This document shows positions 57,061 through 64,000 of a DNA stretch of 64,000 bases, piece by piece; position 1 is the stretch's first letter; each line of letters opens with the position of its first letter. Under the pieces are notes generated by a model. The model ran no database searches. It saw nothing but the letters and a program-made list of their open reading frames with translations, and was not told where the DNA came from. This stretch comes from an uncultured Gammaproteobacteria bacterium (GTDB taxonomy: Bacteria > Patescibacteriota > Microgenomatia > Levybacterales > GWA1-39-11). Location of the stretch: positions 134,637-198,636 of the forward strand of contig CAYPEN010000001.1 in assembly GCA_964409875.1 (NCBI GenBank), in the 5' to 3' direction. A program made the position numbers and the translations under genes.

Positions 57061-57396
57061 ATGGTAAGTGAGTTGGAGATATGTGACGTCATGTCGGAGC
57101 AATGGAACTGCTTGGGTTTTGCGCAGCCGGGCGGGATTGGTACATTTGCTCAAAATCTTCCGAGTGGGGAGCGCGAGATCTATCATTTTTATTGTGACAA
57201 GAACGATGAGATAACAACTATCTATAAACGGCCTGACGGGAACACATTTGATATGAATTCTTCCGAAATGTTTTTTGAAACATCATTATCTATATGCGAG
57301 AAAATTGCAGTGCTTACACAAGGCCAAGTATATTACTTGTCGTTTCTTCCTGATGGAGGGGATATCCGCAAACTTGCACGCATCAGTCATGTGTAG
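57061..57396 (+). CDS. Hypothetical protein (111 aa)
   Basis: ORF only. Confidence 0.35.
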   Translation: MVSELEICDVMSEQWNCLGFAQPGGIGTFAQNLPSGEREIYHFYCDKNDEITTIYKRPDGNTFDMNSSEMFFETSLSICEKIAVLTQGQVYYLSFLPDGGDIRKLARISHV

Positions 57397-57454
57397 ATGA
57401 AGGTTATTGCTTTAAATCACACAGTAACAGTATCAAAAGTAGTATTATTGTTGT

Positions 57455-58180
57455 ATGTCTGTTGCAACTCAGGAAGCATTTGCTACTACCGAGCCGCACG
57501 CGCAAAGCACCGTCGCAAAGCTCAATTGGTTGAGGGCATCGGTATTGGGTGCCAATGATGGAATTGTTTCAATTGCCGGTCTTGTTTTGGGGGTAGCGGG
57601 AGCAACAAGCTCTTCAACGGTGATTTTAACGGCAGGAGTAGCCGGCATTATTGCAGGTGCAATTTCTATGGCAGCAGGCGAATATGTTTCGGTAAGTTCC
57701 TCCAGAGACACTGAGCATGCGTTACTCAAAAAAGAGCGGGATGAGTTAAAAAACTTTCCGGACGCGGAATTATTGGAACTGATTTCATTGTACGAGAGAA
57801 AGGGCTTGAGCAAAAAAACCGCAACAACGGTTGCTAGAGAGCTTACAAAAAAAGATGCGTTTGCTGCTCATGCGGATATAGAGCTTGGCATTGACCCCGA
57901 CAACCTTACCAATCCCTGGCATGCGGCTTTTGCATCAGCTGCGGCTTTTTTGGCCGGAGCATTCATACCACTTGTTGCGATATTACTTCCCCCACAGGCA
58001 ATGAAAGTCCCATTTGCTTTTGGTGCAGTCGTTGTTGCGCTTGGAGCAACCGGTTTTGTCAGCGCAAAAATAGGCGGAGCCAATACACTGAAGGCTATGA
58101 CTAGGGTCGTTCTCGGCGGGGTTTTGGCAATGATAGTTACATATTCAATAGGAAGATTGTTCCATGTGAGTGGAGTGTAG
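57455..58180 (+). CDS. VIT1/CCC1-family iron/manganese transporter
   Basis: 241 aa. LNWLRASVLGANDGIVSIAGLVLGVAGA is the VIT-family signature, and the layout is 5 TM with a cytoplasmic helical loop. Confidence 0.8.
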   Translation: MSVATQEAFATTEPHAQSTVAKLNWLRASVLGANDGIVSIAGLVLGVAGATSSSTVILTAGVAGIIAGAISMAAGEYVSVSSSRDTEHALLKKERDELKNFPDAELLELISLYERKGLSKKTATTVARELTKKDAFAAHADIELGIDPDNLTNPWHAAFASAAAFLAGAFIPLVAILLPPQAMKVPFAFGAVVVALGATGFVSAKIGGANTLKAMTRVVLGGVLAMIVTYSIGRLFHVSGV

Positions 58181-58259
58181 CTTTTTGAATTCTTACCCTG
58201 CCCATTCTCCCGTCTTACGGTTACAGTTTACATTGAAAGCAAGAGAGGAGGTGGAGAAA

Positions 58260-58385
58260 ATGCCTGATAAAAATTTTGCAGAGAACATGCTGGAATCAAT
58301 TGGAATAGGAGATAATGACCATGAAAAAAAGAAAGGAAGAAAAGGGGGAAGGTCGAGTGCATCCAAAACCAAAAAGAAAAAATAA
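58260..58385 (+). CDS. Small lysine-rich protein (41 aa)
   Basis: RBS gagaggaggtggagaaa ATG. MPDKNFAENMLESIGIGDNDHEKKKGRKGGRSSASKTKKKK. Confidence 0.3.
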   Translation: MPDKNFAENMLESIGIGDNDHEKKKGRKGGRSSASKTKKKK

Positions 58386-58427
58386 ATTTAATGCCTTGCA
58401 ATAGTCATATTTCTTTGTTTTAATAAA

Positions 58428-58562
58428 TACTGCATCAAGAGAGTTTCAAGAAATTGAAACCGGCAACCGTAAATTTTTCGGTGCCAAAGCGAGAGCAGAT
58501 GCGTCCTGAGCAAGTCGAAGGAAAAAATGTCTATAAGACCTCTCGCTTTCGGGAGGTTTTTT
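58428..58562 (+). ncRNA. Putative SAM riboswitch (SAM-I-clan-like core, minimal P2 and no P4) with an intrinsic terminator, in the metK leader
   Basis: The P1 5' arm is GCATC, followed by J1/2 AAGAGAG (58437-58443). A short P2 hairpin is GTTTCAAgaaatTGAAAC. P3 is GGCAACC...GGTGCCAA (58462-58488), matching the SAM-I P3/J3-4 core. The P1 3' arm is GATGC (58499-58503). A terminator, CCTCTCGctttCGGGAGG+TTTTTT (58538-58562), ends 1 nt before the metK ATG. AGCGAGAG (58489-58496) is complementary to CTCTCGCT in the terminator 5' arm, so it can act as an antiterminator. Recall-based with no covariance model. Confidence 0.45.
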
Positions 58563-58563
58563 A

Positions 58564-59679
58564 ATGGCAAAAAAGAGTCTTTTTACATCAGAATCAGTAT
58601 GTTCAGGGCATCCTGACAAAATTTGCGACAGGATAAGTGATTCTATTGTGGATGCTGCTATGTCAGAGGACCCGCATTCGAGGTGTGGCATCGAAACAGT
58701 CGCCGGGGCAAACCAGGTCTGCCTTTTCGGAGAGATAAAAACTTCGGCTAAAATCGATTACGAAAAAGTGGTAAGAGATACGATTCTGGAGTTAGGCTAC
58801 ACAGAGCCATCATGGGGTTTTTCAACAGAATCCGCTTTTTCAAATGATATCCATGAGCAGTCGCCTGAGATTGCAATGGGAGTAGACAATGACGGCGCAG
58901 GTGACCAGGGGATGATGTTCGGGTACGCGTGCACGGAAACGCCAGAGCTTATGCCTATCCCAATACGCATGGCACACGCGTTAACCCAACGGATAGATGA
59001 AGTTAGAGCCGGAAAAAAACTTAAATGGTTGCGGCCTGATGGGAAAGCACAAGTAACTGTCAGATATGAGAATGGAAAGCCGGTTGCTGTAGAAAAATTG
59101 GTCGCGGCTGTTGCACATGATGAGAAAGTTGATGCTATTGATGTCAGGACTGGAGTTATAAGAGAAATTTTTGAGCCCGTATTAAAAAGGTATAAGTTGG
59201 ATTTGCCAAAAGAGGGAAACATAACAGTTAACGGGACCGGCCTTTGGCATATTCCCGGTCCCGAGTCTGACGCCGGACTAACAGGCAGAAAAATTGTTGT
59301 TGATACATACGGAGGGTATGCTCGGGTTGGGGGCGGCGCATTTTCAGGAAAAGACCCGACAAAGGTCGATAGAAGCGGCGCGTATGCTGCCCGTTTTATC
59401 GCAAAAAACATTGTGGCTTCAGGCCTTGCTACAAAATGCGAAGTGGGACTTGCCTATGTTATAGGAAAAGCCCGTCCCTTAATGCAAACAATTGAAACAT
59501 TCGGGACGGAGGCGGTAAGCGAGAAAGCGTTACACGCATTTAAAGACAAGTTGATTGATACGTCTGTCAGGGGAATTATCGAGCGGTTGAGTTTGGCAAG
59601 ACCAATATACAAAGCTACCTCCTCATATGGCCACTTTGGACGCGAAGAATTCCCGTGGGAGAAGATAGTAGAGGGGTAA
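58564..59679 (+). CDS. metK: S-adenosylmethionine synthetase
   Basis: 371 aa. The N-terminus FTSESVCSGHPDKICDRISDSIVDA carries the MetK signature, and GGGAFSGKDPTKVDRSGAYAARFIAKNIVASGLA is the MetK signature 2 region. Confidence 0.9.
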   Translation: MAKKSLFTSESVCSGHPDKICDRISDSIVDAAMSEDPHSRCGIETVAGANQVCLFGEIKTSAKIDYEKVVRDTILELGYTEPSWGFSTESAFSNDIHEQSPEIAMGVDNDGAGDQGMMFGYACTETPELMPIPIRMAHALTQRIDEVRAGKKLKWLRPDGKAQVTVRYENGKPVAVEKLVAAVAHDEKVDAIDVRTGVIREIFEPVLKRYKLDLPKEGNITVNGTGLWHIPGPESDAGLTGRKIVVDTYGGYARVGGGAFSGKDPTKVDRSGAYAARFIAKNIVASGLATKCEVGLAYVIGKARPLMQTIETFGTEAVSEKALHAFKDKLIDTSVRGIIERLSLARPIYKATSSYGHFGREEFPWEKIVEG

Positions 59680-59964
59680 TGCTACATTTCTACCTGTGAA
59701 TATATCCAAAGCCTTTGCCAATATGATATTTTCTTCTCTTCTGCCAAGAAGAGAAGCAGAAGCTCTCACCGAATGGCACTTTGAACTTTCAAAACCTTAC
59801 TCACTGCACTAAAATGCCTCCCTGCAAAAGCAGGGACCTCTCACCATTCGCATTTTTTAACGTTTGTTCGTTTCGGTTTTTCATGTACAAACTGCCAAAC
59901 CGGTGAATTCAAGAAATATTTAAAAAATGGCAATTTTTAAAGGGAAGTAGTAAAATTCCTCACT

Positions 59965-60681
59965 ATGCATGAACGCTACTTTGAAGGTGTTGAATTTAGG
60001 GACGAACTGCCGTCCAGAGACTTCAGTGAGGAGGAGTTGGAAAAGATCCGGCAACTTTTCCATGAACTTGATATCGAATCAATAGAAGATATCAAAGCGC
60101 CCATTGGGGAATGGAATACACGGTCGGTTTCACTGGAATTTGTCCGTATTTTAAGACAACTGGAGAAAAAAACTGGCCAACTTTTGCCTTTGGATGGCAT
60201 GAATATTTCTTATGTAGAACCAAAGGAGATGCGGCCCCGCTCAATAAACGAGCGTAGGTACCTTGTCGAACAATACGGGGATTACATGAGAGACGGAGGA
60301 GCGGGAGATTGTGAGCGCCTCCCTGGTGGTAGATTTAACATACGCATTGCAGCCGCCGGACGGGAAAATGAGTTGTCACGCACGACTGTTTTGGGGCTTT
60401 TGGGACACGAGTATGGGCATACTTTGGGGGAGCGCATGGAAGAACAGGTACTAGAGGAATTGAAAGCAAACGCCTTTTCCGCTATTGTTTTGTCCGAAGC
60501 GCATATGCTCGATATATCATTGGGCTATGAATTGAGCGAAACACATGACCAATCACGGTATATGCTGGATTACCTTACCGGATTGGGAATTTCAGAGCCT
60601 GCCATCATTTCCCACCTCATCCAAACTCCTTTCATGGGAGTATATCCCGACTCGTATAAAAGGATGATGAAGCAGGCTTAA
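59965..60681 (+). CDS. Hypothetical protein with an HEXXH zinc-metallopeptidase-like motif
   Basis: 238 aa with LLGHEYGHTLGE. No other motif was recognised. Confidence 0.45.
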   Translation: MHERYFEGVEFRDELPSRDFSEEELEKIRQLFHELDIESIEDIKAPIGEWNTRSVSLEFVRILRQLEKKTGQLLPLDGMNISYVEPKEMRPRSINERRYLVEQYGDYMRDGGAGDCERLPGGRFNIRIAAAGRENELSRTTVLGLLGHEYGHTLGERMEEQVLEELKANAFSAIVLSEAHMLDISLGYELSETHDQSRYMLDYLTGLGISEPAIISHLIQTPFMGVYPDSYKRMMKQA

Positions 60682-60715
60682 TATGTATATATAGAAGTGG
60701 TGATACAATAATGGT

Positions 60716-61036
60716 GTGGAGTTTGAGAAAATATACCAGAAATATATAGCAAAACTTGGCATAAAGACGCCCCAAACATTCAAGGAGGTGGAAGCGGTTT
60801 TTCTTTTGGCCAGAAAAGACTTTTTAAACTACAAAATTTCCGTCGACCAGTTCTCAGCCATTTGCGATGAACTTCATATCTCAATGAGAAACAAAATTGA
60901 CCTTTTGACTACGCATCTTGAGTCAGTTCTCATTTCTGGTGCGGAATTATCCTGGTATATCCGCCAACGCCCGAAGGAAGATGCCATGCAATTGAATTAT
61001 TTTCTTCAATACATCCACGATTATAAAAAGAAATAG
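60716..61036 (+). CDS. Hypothetical protein (106 aa)
   Basis: ORF only. Confidence 0.35.
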   Translation: MEFEKIYQKYIAKLGIKTPQTFKEVEAVFLLARKDFLNYKISVDQFSAICDELHISMRNKIDLLTTHLESVLISGAELSWYIRQRPKEDAMQLNYFLQYIHDYKKK

Positions 61037-61085
61037 CCCAGGCTCAAAAAGGCTTGAAAAGTATCCTATATTCGGTTACAATCCG
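61037..61085 (+). promoter_or_regulatory. Consensus sigma70-like promoter cassette, copy A (TTGAAA-17-TACAAT), 6 nt upstream of the racemase ATG
   Basis: ccaggctcaaaaaggcTTGAAAagtatcctatattcggtTACAATccg, with -35 at 61054-59 and -10 at 61077-82. The ATG is at 61089, so the transcript is leaderless. Confidence 0.6.
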
Positions 61086-61088
61086 AGT

Positions 61089-61784
61089 ATGGAACGGGAG
61101 AAAACTCTTGGTGTCCTGGGAGGATTGGGACCGGAGACAACGAGCCATTTTAATTTGGAGGTTACTAATAAGTATAAAGCGTATGATGCGTCAAAACGCC
61201 CACAGATACTGTCTTGGTATACCGGAATGGACCATCAATTAGAGGAAGATTTTGTCGAACGGGGTCTGCGTGGTGAAGAGTATATTCCATACCTTGTTGA
61301 CGGAGCCAGAAGGCTTGAAGCGGGAGGAGCAGATTTTATCGCTATTCCATGTAATACGGTTCATGTTTTCATCGATGACATCAGGAGTTCTGTATCTATT
61401 CCGGTACTTAGCATTATTGAAGAATCGGAAAAATATTTACAAGAACACAATATTAATGCAGTAGGAATTCTTGCAACTCCAGTTACCGTTTCAAGTAGAC
61501 TTTATCATGAGCGATTAGAAGAAAATGGAATAGAGGTAGTGAATCCTACCAATCAAGAGCAAGAGGTGCTTGGACAGATAATATCACGGTTGGTAAACTC
61601 GAAAGCAACGGAGAGTGACAGAGAGTTTGTCGAAGGTGTTATTAATAATTTGTTAAAAACACAAGTAAGTGATATATTGCTCGCTTGTACGGATTTCCAA
61701 TTAATAATAAAAAAGCGGGAAAATATACATGATACCATGGATATTCTTGCGCAAAGTGCAGCACAAAAACTAGCGGAGAAATAA
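61089..61784 (+). CDS. Asp/Glu/hydantoin racemase family protein (aspartate racemase-like)
   Basis: 231 aa. GVLGGLGPETTSHF is the N-terminal racemase motif and IAIPCNTVHVF the second catalytic Cys region. Confidence 0.7.
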   Translation: MEREKTLGVLGGLGPETTSHFNLEVTNKYKAYDASKRPQILSWYTGMDHQLEEDFVERGLRGEEYIPYLVDGARRLEAGGADFIAIPCNTVHVFIDDIRSSVSIPVLSIIEESEKYLQEHNINAVGILATPVTVSSRLYHERLEENGIEVVNPTNQEQEVLGQIISRLVNSKATESDREFVEGVINNLLKTQVSDILLACTDFQLIIKKRENIHDTMDILAQSAAQKLAEK

Positions 61785-61788
61785 GCCA

Positions 61789-61838
61789 CCAGGCTAAAAA
61801 AGGTTTGAAAAGTATCCTATATTCGGTTACAATCCGGC
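61789..61838 (+). promoter_or_regulatory. Promoter cassette copy B (46/48 identical to copy A)
   Basis: ccaggctaaaaaaggtTTGAAAagtatcctatattcggtTACAATccg, with -35 at 61805-10 and -10 at 61828-33. The ATG is at 61842. Confidence 0.6.
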
Positions 61839-61841
61839 GGT

Positions 61842-62555
61842 ATGGAAAATAGACCGTACAACGAACATCTTTCAGTAATTCCATTTAAGGATGCTGTTGT
61901 TCCGCTTGAAGTAGGTTTGGATCTTCTTGCTAAAAAATCAGTTACAGCTATTTCTCAAAATCTTGATCTTTGCAAGCCGTATTTTTATCCCGACTATGAT
62001 CAGGAGAGTTTTGATGCAATAATTTCGGAGGCGAAGGGCGAATATTCTACATTTAGAGGTGGTTTTGGTTTTACAGAGGAGAATATTGCCTATATTTACT
62101 CACATATGGGCGATGTGCAGTATGAATCTGTTATTGACAATATTTTGGAAAATTACGTAGCACCTACTATTTGGAAGACCTTTCCCAATGTTAACCCAAA
62201 TAGCATAGGGTTAGGAATGATACTTGACGTTGTGCGGCTGATAAATCCGGAAATTGCATCATTTAGAGAAGGAATAGGAGTTTTAGCAAAGAGCATGAAA
62301 AAGAGGAACGGTTACTTACTCAATAATATGGAGCTGGGTATCATGGTAGGAGAGGTGGTAAGGAAAGAGAATACGGATTCTCTACCATTCGATATTTTTG
62401 CAGATTCGATGGGAGCAGCTCAGTTGGCAGCAAACTATATATCGCATTTAAATGAAGCAGAGCTAAGAGACTTTAGAATCGGTACCCGTTTTGATGGGGT
62501 AGAATGGCAGAAAATGATTCAGGGATTCTCTCCTGACACATACCATTCTCAATAA
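61842..62555 (+). CDS. Hypothetical protein, paralog 1 of a duplicated pair
   Basis: 237 aa. LDVVRLINPEIASFREGIGVLAKSMKKRNGYLL...DIFADSMGAAQLAANYISH is shared with 62663..63367. Confidence 0.55.
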   Translation: MENRPYNEHLSVIPFKDAVVPLEVGLDLLAKKSVTAISQNLDLCKPYFYPDYDQESFDAIISEAKGEYSTFRGGFGFTEENIAYIYSHMGDVQYESVIDNILENYVAPTIWKTFPNVNPNSIGLGMILDVVRLINPEIASFREGIGVLAKSMKKRNGYLLNNMELGIMVGEVVRKENTDSLPFDIFADSMGAAQLAANYISHLNEAELRDFRIGTRFDGVEWQKMIQGFSPDTYHSQ

Positions 62556-62625
62556 TTGGTTTTGTGAAGAGCTTGCCATTTTTGCTAAATAATATGTAAC
62601 ATGTATGTCTCAGCCTCAAGTGGAG

Positions 62626-62656
62626 TTGAAAAGTATCCTATATTGTGGTAAAATCC
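62626..62656 (+). promoter_or_regulatory. Promoter cassette copy C (core TTGAAA-17-TAAAAT)
   Basis: gTTGAAAagtatcctatattgtggTAAAATcc, with -35 at 62626-31 and -10 at 62649-54. The ATG is at 62663. Confidence 0.5.
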
Positions 62657-62662
62657 AGTTTT

Positions 62663-63367
62663 ATGGAAAGCTTGCGAGGCTACGAAGCATTAACCACACT
62701 TCCTTTTAGAGAGATTGCAATACCTGAGGAGGAAGCATTGCCGAAATTGAACGGAAAATTTCAGGAAGTTGTTTCTCAGAGCGTTGACATTTTTATCCCC
62801 ATGATTGGTCCCGAAACTCCTCATTATGAGGCTGTCGTTGAGCATTATAAGCAATTCGTTGAAAAGGCAAAGGAAGTTACGACCGTAGGTCTTGGTATGG
62901 GGGACGTTGATGTCGAAAAAATATATCAGGAATGGGGTAATAATACTTATCTTGATAACATGATAAGAGTTGTACGCCATGTCGGCATGGAGTCGAGAAC
63001 GAAAACTCCCGAAGGAGCAGATAATCCCGCATCGGGAAGAATTGGATTTTTTCTTGATATGCTGCGGCTTATATCCCCAGATGTTGCAACTTTTGACAAT
63101 GGGGTAAAAGTATTTGCAAGTGCCATGAGAAGAACCGGTTATATACTGGAGCCCTTTGCATTGGGAGCAATGGTAGATGATGTAATTCTCAGAAAGGGGA
63201 CAGCTGATTTTCCGTATGATTTTTATTCAGACAGCAAGGGTGCGGCAATATTTGCTGCGAGCTACATCCATCACGCAACGACCGCCGAAAGAATGGCATT
63301 TCAGCAGGGTCTTGATATAACCTTGGAAGAATTACAAAGGCTTACGACCGGCCAATCTACGAATTAG
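62663..63367 (+). CDS. Hypothetical protein, paralog 2 of a duplicated pair
   Basis: LDMLRLISPDVATFDNGVKVFASAMRRTGYIL...DFYSDSKGAAIFAASYIHH is the shared segment. The ATG at 62663, 8 nt after the -10, is preferred over the track's GTG at 62645. Confidence 0.5.
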   Translation: MESLRGYEALTTLPFREIAIPEEEALPKLNGKFQEVVSQSVDIFIPMIGPETPHYEAVVEHYKQFVEKAKEVTTVGLGMGDVDVEKIYQEWGNNTYLDNMIRVVRHVGMESRTKTPEGADNPASGRIGFFLDMLRLISPDVATFDNGVKVFASAMRRTGYILEPFALGAMVDDVILRKGTADFPYDFYSDSKGAAIFAASYIHHATTAERMAFQQGLDITLEELQRLTTGQSTN

Positions 63368-63394
63368 AATTTTTGTTACTTTTAAAAACCGCTT

Positions 63395-63895
63395 ATGGAA
63401 CCAAGACGAGAGCGAGAGTTATCACAAATTCATATAGAGCAATTGGTACGCGACCAATGGAAAGTTTATGAAGGGTTGAGGCATGAGATGCTCCAAACCG
63501 ACCCTAACGCATTTCCCCCTCAGGCATTTGCCGATCTTCAAGCTCCCGAGGAGAAATGGAGAAAAAATATAGAACGTGGAATTATTTTGGTGGCATTTGA
63601 CCTCAATCGCCCGGCCGGCATGGTAAGAGGTGTTATTGAGGGGGATAAGGCCATAGCGCGCAATATGTACACCAGGCTTACCCATAGAGGCCAAGGAGTT
63701 GGAAGAAGGCTGATGGAAGAGCTTATTGTTAGGTGTAGTGGCATGGGAGTAGGACTCATGGAACTTGAGGTTGAGAATACGCAAACAGCAGCGTTATCCA
63801 TGTACCAAAGTTTTGGATTTGTCGAGACAGGACGGTTAACTGAAGCGGACCACTTCATGATAACAATGCAAAAGCCTCTCAAGCTTGAAAAATAG
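63395..63895 (+). CDS. GNAT-family N-acetyltransferase
   Basis: 166 aa. RGQGVGRRLMEEL is motif A (Q/RxxGxG/A), and the C-terminus is MYQSFGFVETGR. Confidence 0.8.
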   Translation: MEPRRERELSQIHIEQLVRDQWKVYEGLRHEMLQTDPNAFPPQAFADLQAPEEKWRKNIERGIILVAFDLNRPAGMVRGVIEGDKAIARNMYTRLTHRGQGVGRRLMEELIVRCSGMGVGLMELEVENTQTAALSMYQSFGFVETGRLTEADHFMITMQKPLKLEK

Positions 63896-64000
63896 ATTTC
63901 AGGCACAAAAAATAGTACAATACTTCGCATGACAATAGGAAAGGAGACACACTATTTTGGCGGGCTTATTCACGGTGCGTGGGAAGACCTTCCGTCAGGA

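Overview
This window appears to come from a low-GC (roughly 40%) bacterium with dense, short intergenic spacing. Many small hypothetical proteins, a short EF-Ts and an archaeal-type NMN adenylyltransferase suggest a reduced-genome lineage such as CPR/Patescibacteria; that is inference from gene content only.

The conserved backbone includes rpsB-tsf-rseP-frr-recR, purB, purN-purD, metK, trhO, FKBP and an MFS transporter. It also includes a CDF / MgtE-N+CBS / NRAMP / MgtA / VIT metal-homeostasis set, three (alpha/alpha)6-type glycosidases, a DoxX protein, a FAD-linked oxidase, a HAD phosphatase, an MBL-fold hydrolase and rhodanese proteins.

Non-standard content, from start to end:
- A minus-strand surface-protein operon at 1-5259: a cysteine-rich secreted protein, a vWA protein, two adjacent genes sharing a conserved N-terminal anchor module, and a FATKEDL coiled-coil repeat protein.
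- A 626-aa Ala/Pro/Thr/Ser low-complexity ORF.
- A 29-bp x6 tandem repeat.
- A 50-bp duplicated fragment of a gene 3' end.
- A standalone protein with three topoisomerase-like zinc ribbons.
- A compositionally foreign island of about 2.9 kb and about 60% GC carrying a complete ppsA.
- An 1817-aa membrane-anchored alpha-2-macroglobulin-like protein. A Hint/mini-intein (BIL-like) domain sits exactly where the bait region would be, and the canonical CGEQ thioester is absent. This is the most unusual feature.
- A leader upstream of metK with SAM-I-clan riboswitch core motifs and a terminator/antiterminator pair.
- Three near-identical consensus sigma70-like promoter cassettes, apparently leaderless, driving an Asp/Glu racemase and two paralogous unknown genes.

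All calls rest on reading the sequence and on motif recall; no database searches were run.
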